Source: a virus
Virus record (IMG/VR): IMGVR_UViG_3300049827_000271
Span: 10,404 to 74,403 of that record
Direction: 5' to 3' (one strand)
Length of the DNA stretch: 64,000 bases
Shown here: piece after piece, positions 18,878 to 27,814 of the stretch
How positions within the stretch are numbered: the stretch's first letter is position 1
How the letters are laid out: the number at the start of each line of letters is the position of its first letter
Made by a program: the position numbers and the translations under genes
The notes under the pieces: generated by a model
Databases searched by the model: none
Seen by the model: only the letters and a program-made list of their open reading frames with translations
Told to the model about the DNA's origin: nothing

Positions 18878-20794
18878 CTATCGGGTGGTGCATTGATGGA
18901 ACTTGGCGACCGTAATCGGCCCTTCGGTCCCGTCCGGGGCCACGGTGGACACACCCACATTCCAATCACGGCAGCCGTGACAGCCGACACCGCAGTCCGC
19001 CTCGGTATGCAGGTTTTCGTACCACGTCGAATCCAAGGCATAGGATACGGTCCCTCCAGCCAAAGATGGGGCGGCAATTTCATCAACCCTGTTATTCGAC
19101 GGATTGCTGTCCTTGTACCCGCGGTAGATGCGGTAGCGCAGCGCGTAATCCACATGCGGCCAACTGACGGTCGCCGCGTTGTTGTCCACGGTCAGAACTG
19201 GAGCGGAGGCGGGAGACGGATACGGAGCTATCACTGGGAATCCAGGCGATCTTCCGAAATTATCGCTCAGTCTGATTTCTGTTCCATCAGCGAAGAACCC
19301 TACAATCTTCAACGATATATTCTGCGCTAATCCAATAGTAAACGAGTTAGGCTGACCGGGTATCGCAAATGCGTTGATCATGTTTGATGGAAGTTTAACA
19401 CCCATTATTCCAGATATGCCTAATTCACATGGATTATTCGAGCTCGGACTGTAACCATTGTGAACCGCGTCACTGGTATCAGCCAAAACTTGCGTGGTGC
19501 CATCCATCTTTCTCCAGAGTAACTGGTAGTAACTGCATCCAACGCAATACGGACATCCAGTTCCATTGTAGAACAGCAAGCTGGCAAGCTCGTGCATTGG
19601 CATTATGTAGCCAAATCCTGTAATACGCATAGTGACTGATCCGCCATCTCCGGCACCCACTTCGTAATCTCCAGGTCGCATAATCAGCCCAGCCCAAGTC
19701 TGATGGACGTGACAACCGCTGGCTGTAGTGAACTCTATGCCAGTGAGAGCCAGCGCATCAATACGATGCGTAGTGCTCCAAGATGGCATTGCATAGTGCT
19801 CTCTCCTTTGATAGCGTATTGTCTTTACATTGACTATACCGTCGATCTCTTGCAATGTGAGAGGGAAGTATTGCCCTTCGTATCCGTACCCGTGAATGTT
19901 CCAGTGGTTTGGGCAACCTGCGGCGTTATCTTGCGTGCATGTATCTCCAAGCACGTTTATGCGCGGGTATAATGGATGATCGTCCATCTCTCCTGGATAT
20001 GTCACGTTATCTTCACTTGCTCCAACAGATATAGGATGCGGCTCGTTACTGCCGCACCCCCAAAACGTCTGCGCGTTGTGCTTTACTGAGATTTTTGCCC
20101 CAGCGGGCAATCCTGATATTTCCCATTCAACACATTGATCAGGAGGGTTCTCGGTATCTGGGAACAGGATATTGAACTGCTTCACAATTCGGTATGAGAC
20201 GTGAATCTCAAACATCTCACACAATGCCGGAATGCCATGCACAATGATCGGGTTGGAATCGGTGCAATTCACCTTGGATACAAACGCCTTGTAGTAATAG
20301 GTGGTCCCATTAGTCAGTCCGGTGTCCGTAAACGAGAAAGACGTTCCAGCCACTGCCCCAGTATGCACAGTCGTCCACGGGCCTGTCTCAGACGACCCTC
20401 GCTGGATGGTGAACGCGTAGCCGGAGTTCAGTTGGGCCGCTGTGAACTGCACGGTCAGCGACGCATTTCCTACCGTGACACTTCCAATGAGCGTGATCGT
20501 AGGGCAGAGCGTGTACACGCAAGGAAGCGGGCCGCCATAGTTGTCGGCAGTCGGGTCTTGGCATGTTGTTCCACCTCCACCGCCTCCGCCGTGATACGTG
20601 CAGTCCAAGTGTGTCAAATCCTCCAAGAATGTCGTGGACGGCTTTCCGTCCTCATTCATCCAGTACTCCATGAGCTTGGCCTGCGCTTGCAAAAAACCGC
20701 GCATGGACGGGATGGCCCGCGCGCACAACGAGGCCGGCAGGGAGAACTTGGACTTCCTGAATACGACGGGTAGGGCGGCGGGATCGAGTGGCAT
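18878..20794 (-). CDS. FN3-containing tail fibre/receptor-binding-like protein
   Basis: FN3 motif FTDTGLTNGTTYYY and a C-terminal FN3-like segment (VSW...YRIYR); lower-GC central part. Confidence 0.6.
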   Translation of the reverse strand: MPLDPAALPVVFRKSKFSLPASLCARAIPSMRGFLQAQAKLMEYWMNEDGKPSTTFLEDLTHLDCTYHGGGGGGGTTCQDPTADNYGGPLPCVYTLCPTITLIGSVTVGNASLTVQFTAAQLNSGYAFTIQRGSSETGPWTTVHTGAVAGTSFSFTDTGLTNGTTYYYKAFVSKVNCTDSNPIIVHGIPALCEMFEIHVSYRIVKQFNILFPDTENPPDQCVEWEISGLPAGAKISVKHNAQTFWGCGSNEPHPISVGASEDNVTYPGEMDDHPLYPRINVLGDTCTQDNAAGCPNHWNIHGYGYEGQYFPLTLQEIDGIVNVKTIRYQRREHYAMPSWSTTHRIDALALTGIEFTTASGCHVHQTWAGLIMRPGDYEVGAGDGGSVTMRITGFGYIMPMHELASLLFYNGTGCPYCVGCSYYQLLWRKMDGTTQVLADTSDAVHNGYSPSSNNPCELGISGIMGVKLPSNMINAFAIPGQPNSFTIGLAQNISLKIVGFFADGTEIRLSDNFGRSPGFPVIAPYPSPASAPVLTVDNNAATVSWPHVDYALRYRIYRGYKDSNPSNNRVDEIAAPSLAGGTVSYALDSTWYENLHTEADCGVGCHGCRDWNVGVSTVAPDGTEGPITVAKFHQCTTR

Positions 20795-20796
20795 GG

Positions 20797-22080
20797 TTAG
20801 ACTCCTCTTCCTGAAAAATACAACTCAGGTGTTTGGGCGGATTCAATCCCGTACTGGTCCACGCTGGACACGGCGTAATACCGCTCAAAGACCCCGGCTG
20901 GAATTGCATAGTCGGTTCCAGACGGACCTGCGTTGTTGACCGCTGCTTGCAGTGCTTGGGCATGAGCATAGGCCCGGTTGTAAACCCGGTAGAAGACCGC
21001 ATTGGCCACGTAGGTAATGCGCAGCGTGCGTCCCGTGATGGAGATGGACGGCGCTACAATCGGCGGGGTCATCACACGCACGGCCCCGGAACGAAGCCAC
21101 GGTGCCACTTCTGCGTCGCATCCCGGTTTCACAATCTTGATGTTGTAGTAGTAAGTATCTCCCGGATTTAGTCCGGTATCAATCCACGAGTAATCAGAGG
21201 GTCCGGCGTCCGGCAGGATGAATGACCCCGGATCATTCTGTGCGGTGGACCTCAAGATTGTCACCGCGTATCCCACGAACGGGACACCATTGATCTTCAA
21301 CGACACCTTTCCGACTTCCGTGCTGGAGGCGGTCAGGCTGATCCCCTCGTAGGTGCATGTCACAACCGCTGTGGGTGTGGTCGGATGCTCGGTGATCATG
21401 TCATACGTCTGGCATGGAGTTCCATTTATAGTCTGTGTTACGGAGCATTTGAAGAAGTACTCCTGCCCGTTTGTTAAGCCTGTTGCTAGATAGCTGATAC
21501 TGCTTCCCTGGGTGGTCCCGGATGTGATCTCACTCCAGTTCACAGCGTCTTCCGATTTGTAGATGGTATAAGCAAACCCGTTGAGCATGTTGTGTGAATT
21601 AAACGTCATGCCAATGGCGGTATCCTGGGCGCTTGTAACCCATGTGTACAGTGTCAGGTCCGCGCAATTCCCGCCAAGCGTCGGCGGCTTGAAGCAAGGC
21701 AGTCCGCAGAACAGCGCTTTCATATTGTCCGAGAAGTCCCCGTTGTCTTTGAACTGCCACTCCACCTCTCCGGTAACGAAATTGATGTGCGGGATGACCC
21801 CGCCGATCTTGGCGCAGGGGGTCTTCGGGTTGGTGGGTAGCGCGCCCTGCACCGTCGCCGTCAGGTTGCTGTTCGCCAGCGTTGAAGCATTGACCACCGT
21901 GGCTTGGCAGATGTCTGAAGCCCAGGCATTGCTGATCTGTCCGGCGGTCTTGAACGCATACTTGTGCCAGCGCCAGTACAGGAACTGGGCGCGGAAGAAC
22001 TTGATGATCACCGTCCACAGCCGGTCATTAGCCGAGGGGACGAGCGCGGTGAATTGGGATGGGCGGACTGGGGCTGGCAT
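20797..22080 (-). CDS. FN3-repeat virion protein
   Basis: TGLTNGQEYFF, WIDTGLNPGDTYYY, YAVSSVDQYGIES. Confidence 0.65.
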   Translation of the reverse strand: MPAPVRPSQFTALVPSANDRLWTVIIKFFRAQFLYWRWHKYAFKTAGQISNAWASDICQATVVNASTLANSNLTATVQGALPTNPKTPCAKIGGVIPHINFVTGEVEWQFKDNGDFSDNMKALFCGLPCFKPPTLGGNCADLTLYTWVTSAQDTAIGMTFNSHNMLNGFAYTIYKSEDAVNWSEITSGTTQGSSISYLATGLTNGQEYFFKCSVTQTINGTPCQTYDMITEHPTTPTAVVTCTYEGISLTASSTEVGKVSLKINGVPFVGYAVTILRSTAQNDPGSFILPDAGPSDYSWIDTGLNPGDTYYYNIKIVKPGCDAEVAPWLRSGAVRVMTPPIVAPSISITGRTLRITYVANAVFYRVYNRAYAHAQALQAAVNNAGPSGTDYAIPAGVFERYYAVSSVDQYGIESAQTPELYFSGRGV

Positions 22081-22081
22081 A

Positions 22082-22567
22082 TCAGTGTTCCATCGCTGTC
22101 GGGCGCAACTGCATCAAGACCATGCCCCTCCCATCCAGGCGACGCTGAACAGTGGTCCATCCCATGCGCTCCATGATCTCCACAATGAATTTCTCGTCCG
22201 ACCTTCCGGTATCGTGCAGGGCAATCAGCCGGCATCGGTCGGCGCAGAAGAGCGCGGACGACAATCTGGCCAGCGGCCTGGCCGCCCCGGCGGGACCGTC
22301 CACAAATCCGAGGTCGTACTTTGGAAGCAGGTCTGGAATGTTCGCGCATCTGCCCGTGAACGGATGGTAGATGCACTTATTGGCCGAGGCCCCGTCCCCC
22401 AAATGCTGCTCGTTATCCTCCACGGAATCCACATGGCCGCAGACAGATGTGAAGACCTCTGTGGAATAGCCTGGGCCGAATTCCAGAACGGTCTTCACAT
22501 GATAGTGCGCGCACCACTTCCGGAGTAGTTGCTCGTCAAAATCGTCGATGGAGGATGTGGTTCTCAT
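22082..22567 (-). CDS. class I SAM-dependent methyltransferase (glycan-modifying type)
   Basis: VLEFGPGYST (motif I), SVE, FVDG, LHDT.R; ATGA-coupled to the glycosyltransferase gene. Confidence 0.8.
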   Translation of the reverse strand: MRTTSSIDDFDEQLLRKWCAHYHVKTVLEFGPGYSTEVFTSVCGHVDSVEDNEQHLGDGASANKCIYHPFTGRCANIPDLLPKYDLGFVDGPAGAARPLARLSSALFCADRCRLIALHDTGRSDEKFIVEIMERMGWTTVQRRLDGRGMVLMQLRPTAMEH

Positions 22568-23262
22568 GTCAGATCGTAGAATGGACCATCGGGCATATCC
22601 TCGAATGATGCCCAAGCTGGAGTGTATTGCAGTTCAAAGTTTTGTTCGATCCTGACACAATTTACACCCATGACCGCGCCGATATTTTGCGAGCGAGATA
22701 GCGCCGGATGAATCTCCACCATCTTGTGCTGCGCGCGGCATTCGTTCAGTCTGTAGGCGTGAACCGTCGGATCGGTTGACCACATCGGACGCGCAAGCTC
22801 AAATCGGCTCTTCCATATCCCAACGCCCCAGCAGGTGTACCATTCTCTTCGACACAGCCCGAAGAGCGAACGCGGCGTGCTCATCCTGCGGTTGTGCGCG
22901 GCGATGGAGAAGACGGACATATCTTCCGCGTATCTGTGACGGCAGTGCTCCATCATTTTGAGCATGTCAATCGCTGGAACCGTGTCGTCCTCAAGGTGGA
23001 TGATGAAATCAGATTGCTCAAACCCAGCATCCCAAGCCTGCAATGTATTTGCAGAAATCCCAATCCGTTCCCGGTTGATCTTGACAACCATTTGCTTGGC
23101 GGCGCCGAACTCGGAATAAATCTTCTCTGTCTCTGCGCACCCAGGCTCAACAAAGGCTAACACCGTGTAGTCGGAAATTCCGCGACATTTCGCCAGCGCA
23201 TCCAAGACGACCTTGGAATAGAACGGCCTGTTCCATGCGACCATTGTGATCACCCTGTTCAC
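22564..23262 (-). CDS. GT-A fold glycosyltransferase
   Basis: ITMVAWNRP, IIHLEDD (DxD-like), CWG...W, SRSQNIG; GTG start overlaps the upstream stop. Confidence 0.8.
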   Translation of the reverse strand: MNRVITMVAWNRPFYSKVVLDALAKCRGISDYTVLAFVEPGCAETEKIYSEFGAAKQMVVKINRERIGISANTLQAWDAGFEQSDFIIHLEDDTVPAIDMLKMMEHCRHRYAEDMSVFSIAAHNRRMSTPRSLFGLCRREWYTCWGVGIWKSRFELARPMWSTDPTVHAYRLNECRAQHKMVEIHPALSRSQNIGAVMGVNCVRIEQNFELQYTPAWASFEDMPDGPFYDLT

Positions 23263-25148
23263 GCGATGGCCTCCTTCACAAATTCCAGAACCTTTTCCGA
23301 ATCCTCTGGGTCGTGGACGTGCAGCGCGTTTGGCCTCGGGTAGAAGCAGTGCGTCCTGCGCCACCCCTCGACAACCGTTGGGTGCATGAGTCCGTGCGCT
23401 ATCGAGAGCGGGAATGACTCATTGCCAATGAACAATTTCGATCCACGAATCAGTTCAGCCAAGTCGAGGAAATTGTCCACCGCGCAATAATCCACATATC
23501 CGTACTGGGATTTGAATGCTGCGTGCTCTTCCGGAAGCCCGACAAACACCATATCGCATCCAAAGCGTGACACGAGCGAGCGCCAATCCAATTTCGGTGG
23601 GGTGTCGGTATAGCGGAGCGTTCGGTTGATCACGATGGGCAATGGATACGGCTTGGCTTTCGTTACCCTCAGCCACGGATTGACGTTCAAATCCTTTGGA
23701 ACGTCTCCACCGAAGTACTCCCAGTAATACTCCGATAGATTATGAGGAGGCCACCTGTGGCCGCGCCGGTCCCTGATCTGGTGAAGCCAGTCCCACGCAT
23801 GATCGTTAAAGATGTGGCGAAAGCGGTTGAGGTTAAACGCTTCATCGGGCGCCCTGTCTGCGTACTCGCATCCCGTGATATACGGCTGATCGCGCAGTAG
23901 TGGAATCAGCATCTCGGCCCGCTGGCGCGTCATCCTTTCGCGGACCACCGAGTTCGAGTGGGCCCCATTGCCGAAATCCGGCGATAGAACAAGCCCGCCT
24001 CCGCCTCGCGCGCGAATAAACGGAAGAGAGTAAATAATATCTCCAAGATCGCCGCTGTGCAGGAATGTGATCTCTTTCGGATGTGACGCAATGATCTCGA
24101 CCTGATCAGCAGTCTTTCCGATGGCTCCGAATTCCTCCAGCACCTCTATTAGCTTGCGACCGTGGTTCTCCCATGTCAGATGCTTGACCGACTCCGATGC
24201 CAACAGACCGAGCTTGGCCGCTTCAGGTCTGTCCTCATACACGGATCGCATCGCCTGCACGATGGATTCCGAATTCGGACACGCCCAATGCCCAAGCCCT
24301 CGGTAGTTTGCATCCGACTTTACCAGCTTAAAGTCGATCTGGTATCCTGCTCCAGAATTGAAAAATTCAGAGACGCCTCCAAAATTCACACTGATAACCG
24401 GCCTTCCAACCGCCATCGCCTGGTGTTGCATCAGCCCCCATCCCTCAGACATTGAGGCGCTCGCAAAGCAGGTTAATCCAGAATACCAATCGGCCATAGC
24501 GTCATCGCTTAGATACGACTGGATAACCTTGATCCTTGGATCGGAGAAGCGATCCACACGGCAATCAGGAAAGCACTTCACCCGCAGTTCCACGTCCGTC
24601 TCGCGCGGGAACGCGCGCTGAAAACAGGAGACAACCTCATTGATCCCCTTGCGAGGACCACCGTGAGAAATCCGTCCAGCAGTTCCAAACACACATTTTC
24701 CATCCATCTGCATTGGCTGAAAGTGATACTTCGATTTATCTACGCCCAATGGAACAATCCTGATCGGAGCCGTGACCCCGCAGGCTGAGAAACAACTGGC
24801 GTTCCACGCGCACGGCACGATAACAACCTCGGCTTTGTTCAACATCTGCACCGCTCCAGGCGGAAGCTGTGTGGACTCCCACATGGTAAAGTACGCAGTC
24901 TTCTTTCCTGGAGTCGGACAAAACAGCGGAGGATGAAGGAGCAATTCCCACTCCTCCGGCTGTGGTCCAGTCACAAACTTAGCCGCGATGTCAGCAGGAA
25001 TTTTTGACCCAAACGGTTCCGACTTTGAGACAGGCCGAACGGACACAAAAACACCGGCTAGTCTCTGGAGGTCGCGTATGATCTGGATCGCAAGCTGCCC
25101 GTAGCCGGTGAAGGAGTTTATGGCCCCGATGAAGGTGATGCGTTTCAT
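23259..25148 (-). CDS. bifunctional glycosyltransferase (GT4-like N-terminal plus GT9-like C-terminal)
   Basis: TGYG, TMWEST, RKG, SEGWGL...AMAVG.PVI (GT4); HSGDLGDIIYSLP and LFIGNES (GT9-like). Confidence 0.85.
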   Translation of the reverse strand: MKRITFIGAINSFTGYGQLAIQIIRDLQRLAGVFVSVRPVSKSEPFGSKIPADIAAKFVTGPQPEEWELLLHPPLFCPTPGKKTAYFTMWESTQLPPGAVQMLNKAEVVIVPCAWNASCFSACGVTAPIRIVPLGVDKSKYHFQPMQMDGKCVFGTAGRISHGGPRKGINEVVSCFQRAFPRETDVELRVKCFPDCRVDRFSDPRIKVIQSYLSDDAMADWYSGLTCFASASMSEGWGLMQHQAMAVGRPVISVNFGGVSEFFNSGAGYQIDFKLVKSDANYRGLGHWACPNSESIVQAMRSVYEDRPEAAKLGLLASESVKHLTWENHGRKLIEVLEEFGAIGKTADQVEIIASHPKEITFLHSGDLGDIIYSLPFIRARGGGGLVLSPDFGNGAHSNSVVRERMTRQRAEMLIPLLRDQPYITGCEYADRAPDEAFNLNRFRHIFNDHAWDWLHQIRDRRGHRWPPHNLSEYYWEYFGGDVPKDLNVNPWLRVTKAKPYPLPIVINRTLRYTDTPPKLDWRSLVSRFGCDMVFVGLPEEHAAFKSQYGYVDYCAVDNFLDLAELIRGSKLFIGNESFPLSIAHGLMHPTVVEGWRRTHCFYPRPNALHVHDPEDSEKVLEFVKEAIA

Positions 25149-27814
25149 CTCTGGATCATGTTCGAGTACTCCGACTCTACGCCATTGGAATCAACGCTGG
25201 TCGCCACGAACTGCATGGGTAGGAGCGGGATGGCCGCTGCGCTGACCGTCTGGCCGTTCGGGTCATCGGTCTGCGCGATGTCCGTCACGTAGAGCGTCCA
25301 GGAGTAGCCTTGGCTTCGTCTCCAATACAGGTTGTAGTGGTGAATGTTGTTCACCCGAGAGATATGAATGAGCGTCCGGTCGTTGGTGACGCTCTCCCTT
25401 GAAATCGACGGTGGCAATGCTGGGCCGTTTCCGCCTCCGCCAACCACCACAACTCCGCCCCCTTCGATGTCCTGAATGATCGGCGACGGATCAGGGCGCT
25501 GCTCTGGTGGAGGCGTGTTCAGGCATCCATCTCCGTAGCAGTTGTAGTTGTACGGATCATAGCTATATCCATCAAGCCCAGCCTCCATCGGCGGGCCTTT
25601 AGAGATGAGTTGAATTCCGGAGATGCCACAAAACTTTCCGTTCGTCGGTGTCCACCCTTCTTGTGGAATATCCATCAGGGCGATGAACAGTTTTCCAGTG
25701 TATTGCTCTCCGGAAGGTCGCACGCGAATGTTCGGGAAGAAGAGAACGCTGTAATCACGGAGATAAACCTGATACTGATCCCAGTGTTGGATGAATCCGT
25801 ATTCCTCAGTGAGCACTGCGACATCCAAATTGTACCCCCACACGTAAACGTCGTAGAGTCCTTCCGGGAGCGGACCTAGCTCCAAGTTCGGCCAGTCCAG
25901 TGGCCCGCCTATTCCTCCCGCGCGCAATCCGTAGATAGCTTGCTTGCAAAGCGTGTCCTCTCCCGCCCTTGTTCCGGATGGCTCGACGGACTCAAAGCTT
26001 CCAGCCTCCGTCTTTATGGAGGCTCCGGAAACCGTATTTCCAGCCACGTCTATGAGCGGCTGGCCGGTTTCAAGCATGGCGGTTTCAAAGTGATTCCATT
26101 GGTCGCCCGCTTTTCCGCGCACATACCCAAGACCGAAGATGTAGGCTACTCCGGTCTGTGGGAAGTGCGAAATGTCGTTATGGAACTGGATGGATATGTT
26201 CTTGGTGTCCGCCGGAGGCGGTGGCGGATTGCACACTGAATAATGATAGACGTTGTTCTCGTTGTCGAAGTCATCCGCAAATAGAACCGTTTCCGAAAGG
26301 TCATTGTTCACACGCACCAGTTTCACATCATCCAGCAGATTTCCGTAAGAAACATCTTGGGATGACCCGGTGATTTCCGGACGTGTAAACTGCTCGATCC
26401 TGATCGGATACTGTCCTCCATCTCCCGTGACGGTCAGTGAGTATTCTGTGAATGACTGGCGAGCGTTGTCCAATTCCACAACGCGCGATGTGAGTTCGTA
26501 TTCCGCGCCAAGCCCAAATTTGACAGAGAATCCAGTGCGTTCCGTGCGCTGATTTCCGGAGAGCTTGCAGGATAGCTTATAGGTCTTTCCAGACTCCAAG
26601 GTGAATGAGTCACGGCTGACAATCCGCCCCGCCCAAGGAGCACTGGAGCCAACCAGGTCCAAGTAAAGTCCATGTCCAGGAATCAGATCGAATGTGGTCC
26701 ACCCGAGACTGCCCTTGCCAATCAGGTCCACCTTGCCCGTGATATACCAGTTGCTCAACGATTCGATATTGAGCGCGCCATGACTCTCGTACACGTCTCC
26801 GTCTGGCAGGCAGTTGCCAGCGCAGAAGTAACCCTTCAAACCTTGCAGCCACACCTCTACTAGCGCCCCGGTGTCTGGGTAGGCCGACAGCAGGTATCCG
26901 CCTTCAGAGAATGACAGGAGGGTGGTATAGGCAAGACCGTAAGAACGGATGGCTACGACGATTACCATTACGTTCTTTCCTGCGAGCGCGGCACGAAGGC
27001 TGTCTATAGTCTGGGCGGACAGGCTGGTATCCAAGCCATCGGTCATCAAGATCAGGACATTGATGTCGGCATTTCCTAGTTGCGAAACCGCTGCCGTTAC
27101 ACCGGCAGCCAAGTTCGTCTTCAACTCGGTGACGAATACACCGGAAAGCTGCGCTTCGATAAACGTCTGCTCTCCCGAAAGATCGCAAACGACCGAGGCT
27201 GTTTCATTGAAGGACGTGATGCCAACCCTATCTCCCTTCCGGTAGTTGACCTTGCCCACGAAGTCCGCGGCCAGCGACTTGGCGTAGATGAACTTGGATG
27301 ACCAGCCTTGGCCAAACGATTGCAGCATCGACTTGGAAGTGTCGATGGCGATCATTATGTCCACCTTCTTGCCCGCGCATTCGTCCGCGTTGGCCATCAC
27401 TTCAAGCTGGGCGTAGCCGATCAGGTTCTGCCAAGCTGCGCTTACTGTAGCTATACCCGGAGATGTTCCGGTGCAGTTTCCGGAAGACGCGCCAATGACT
27501 CCGATCTGCTGCGAGAGCGCCCAGTGGACGCCAGCAGTAAGAACCGACTCGCTCTGTCCTGTGTGGAGAATCGCGTTGTACTGGACGTTACCAAGAATTG
27601 GTATCAGCGCAGATGGCGGTCGGACCTCCAGTGTTTGCACGGGAGGCGGAGGATAAACGCACGGCAACTGCCCTCCGAAATTGAGAGCCGCCGGGTCTTG
27701 GCATGTGTTCGGCGGAGGGGGCGTGATTGTTCCACCGCCTCCAGCACCAGAGCCGATGGATGACTTCTGCGGCGAGATCGAGCAGCGGCGCGTATTCTCT
27801 TGGTCCCAGTTCAT
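25145..27814 (-). CDS. multidomain virion protein: Ig-like + von Willebrand A + carbohydrate-binding-like domains
   Basis: Ig-like segment (W.S...GIATVSA); MIDAS DTSKS...T...TDG; jelly-roll-like VDLIG...GNLLDDVKL; C-terminal SVDSNGVES. Confidence 0.75.
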   Translation of the reverse strand: MNWDQENTRRCSISPQKSSIGSGAGGGGTITPPPPNTCQDPAALNFGGQLPCVYPPPPVQTLEVRPPSALIPILGNVQYNAILHTGQSESVLTAGVHWALSQQIGVIGASSGNCTGTSPGIATVSAAWQNLIGYAQLEVMANADECAGKKVDIMIAIDTSKSMLQSFGQGWSSKFIYAKSLAADFVGKVNYRKGDRVGITSFNETASVVCDLSGEQTFIEAQLSGVFVTELKTNLAAGVTAAVSQLGNADINVLILMTDGLDTSLSAQTIDSLRAALAGKNVMVIVVAIRSYGLAYTTLLSFSEGGYLLSAYPDTGALVEVWLQGLKGYFCAGNCLPDGDVYESHGALNIESLSNWYITGKVDLIGKGSLGWTTFDLIPGHGLYLDLVGSSAPWAGRIVSRDSFTLESGKTYKLSCKLSGNQRTERTGFSVKFGLGAEYELTSRVVELDNARQSFTEYSLTVTGDGGQYPIRIEQFTRPEITGSSQDVSYGNLLDDVKLVRVNNDLSETVLFADDFDNENNVYHYSVCNPPPPPADTKNISIQFHNDISHFPQTGVAYIFGLGYVRGKAGDQWNHFETAMLETGQPLIDVAGNTVSGASIKTEAGSFESVEPSGTRAGEDTLCKQAIYGLRAGGIGGPLDWPNLELGPLPEGLYDVYVWGYNLDVAVLTEEYGFIQHWDQYQVYLRDYSVLFFPNIRVRPSGEQYTGKLFIALMDIPQEGWTPTNGKFCGISGIQLISKGPPMEAGLDGYSYDPYNYNCYGDGCLNTPPPEQRPDPSPIIQDIEGGGVVVVGGGGNGPALPPSISRESVTNDRTLIHISRVNNIHHYNLYWRRSQGYSWTLYVTDIAQTDDPNGQTVSAAAIPLLPMQFVATSVDSNGVESEYSNMIQR

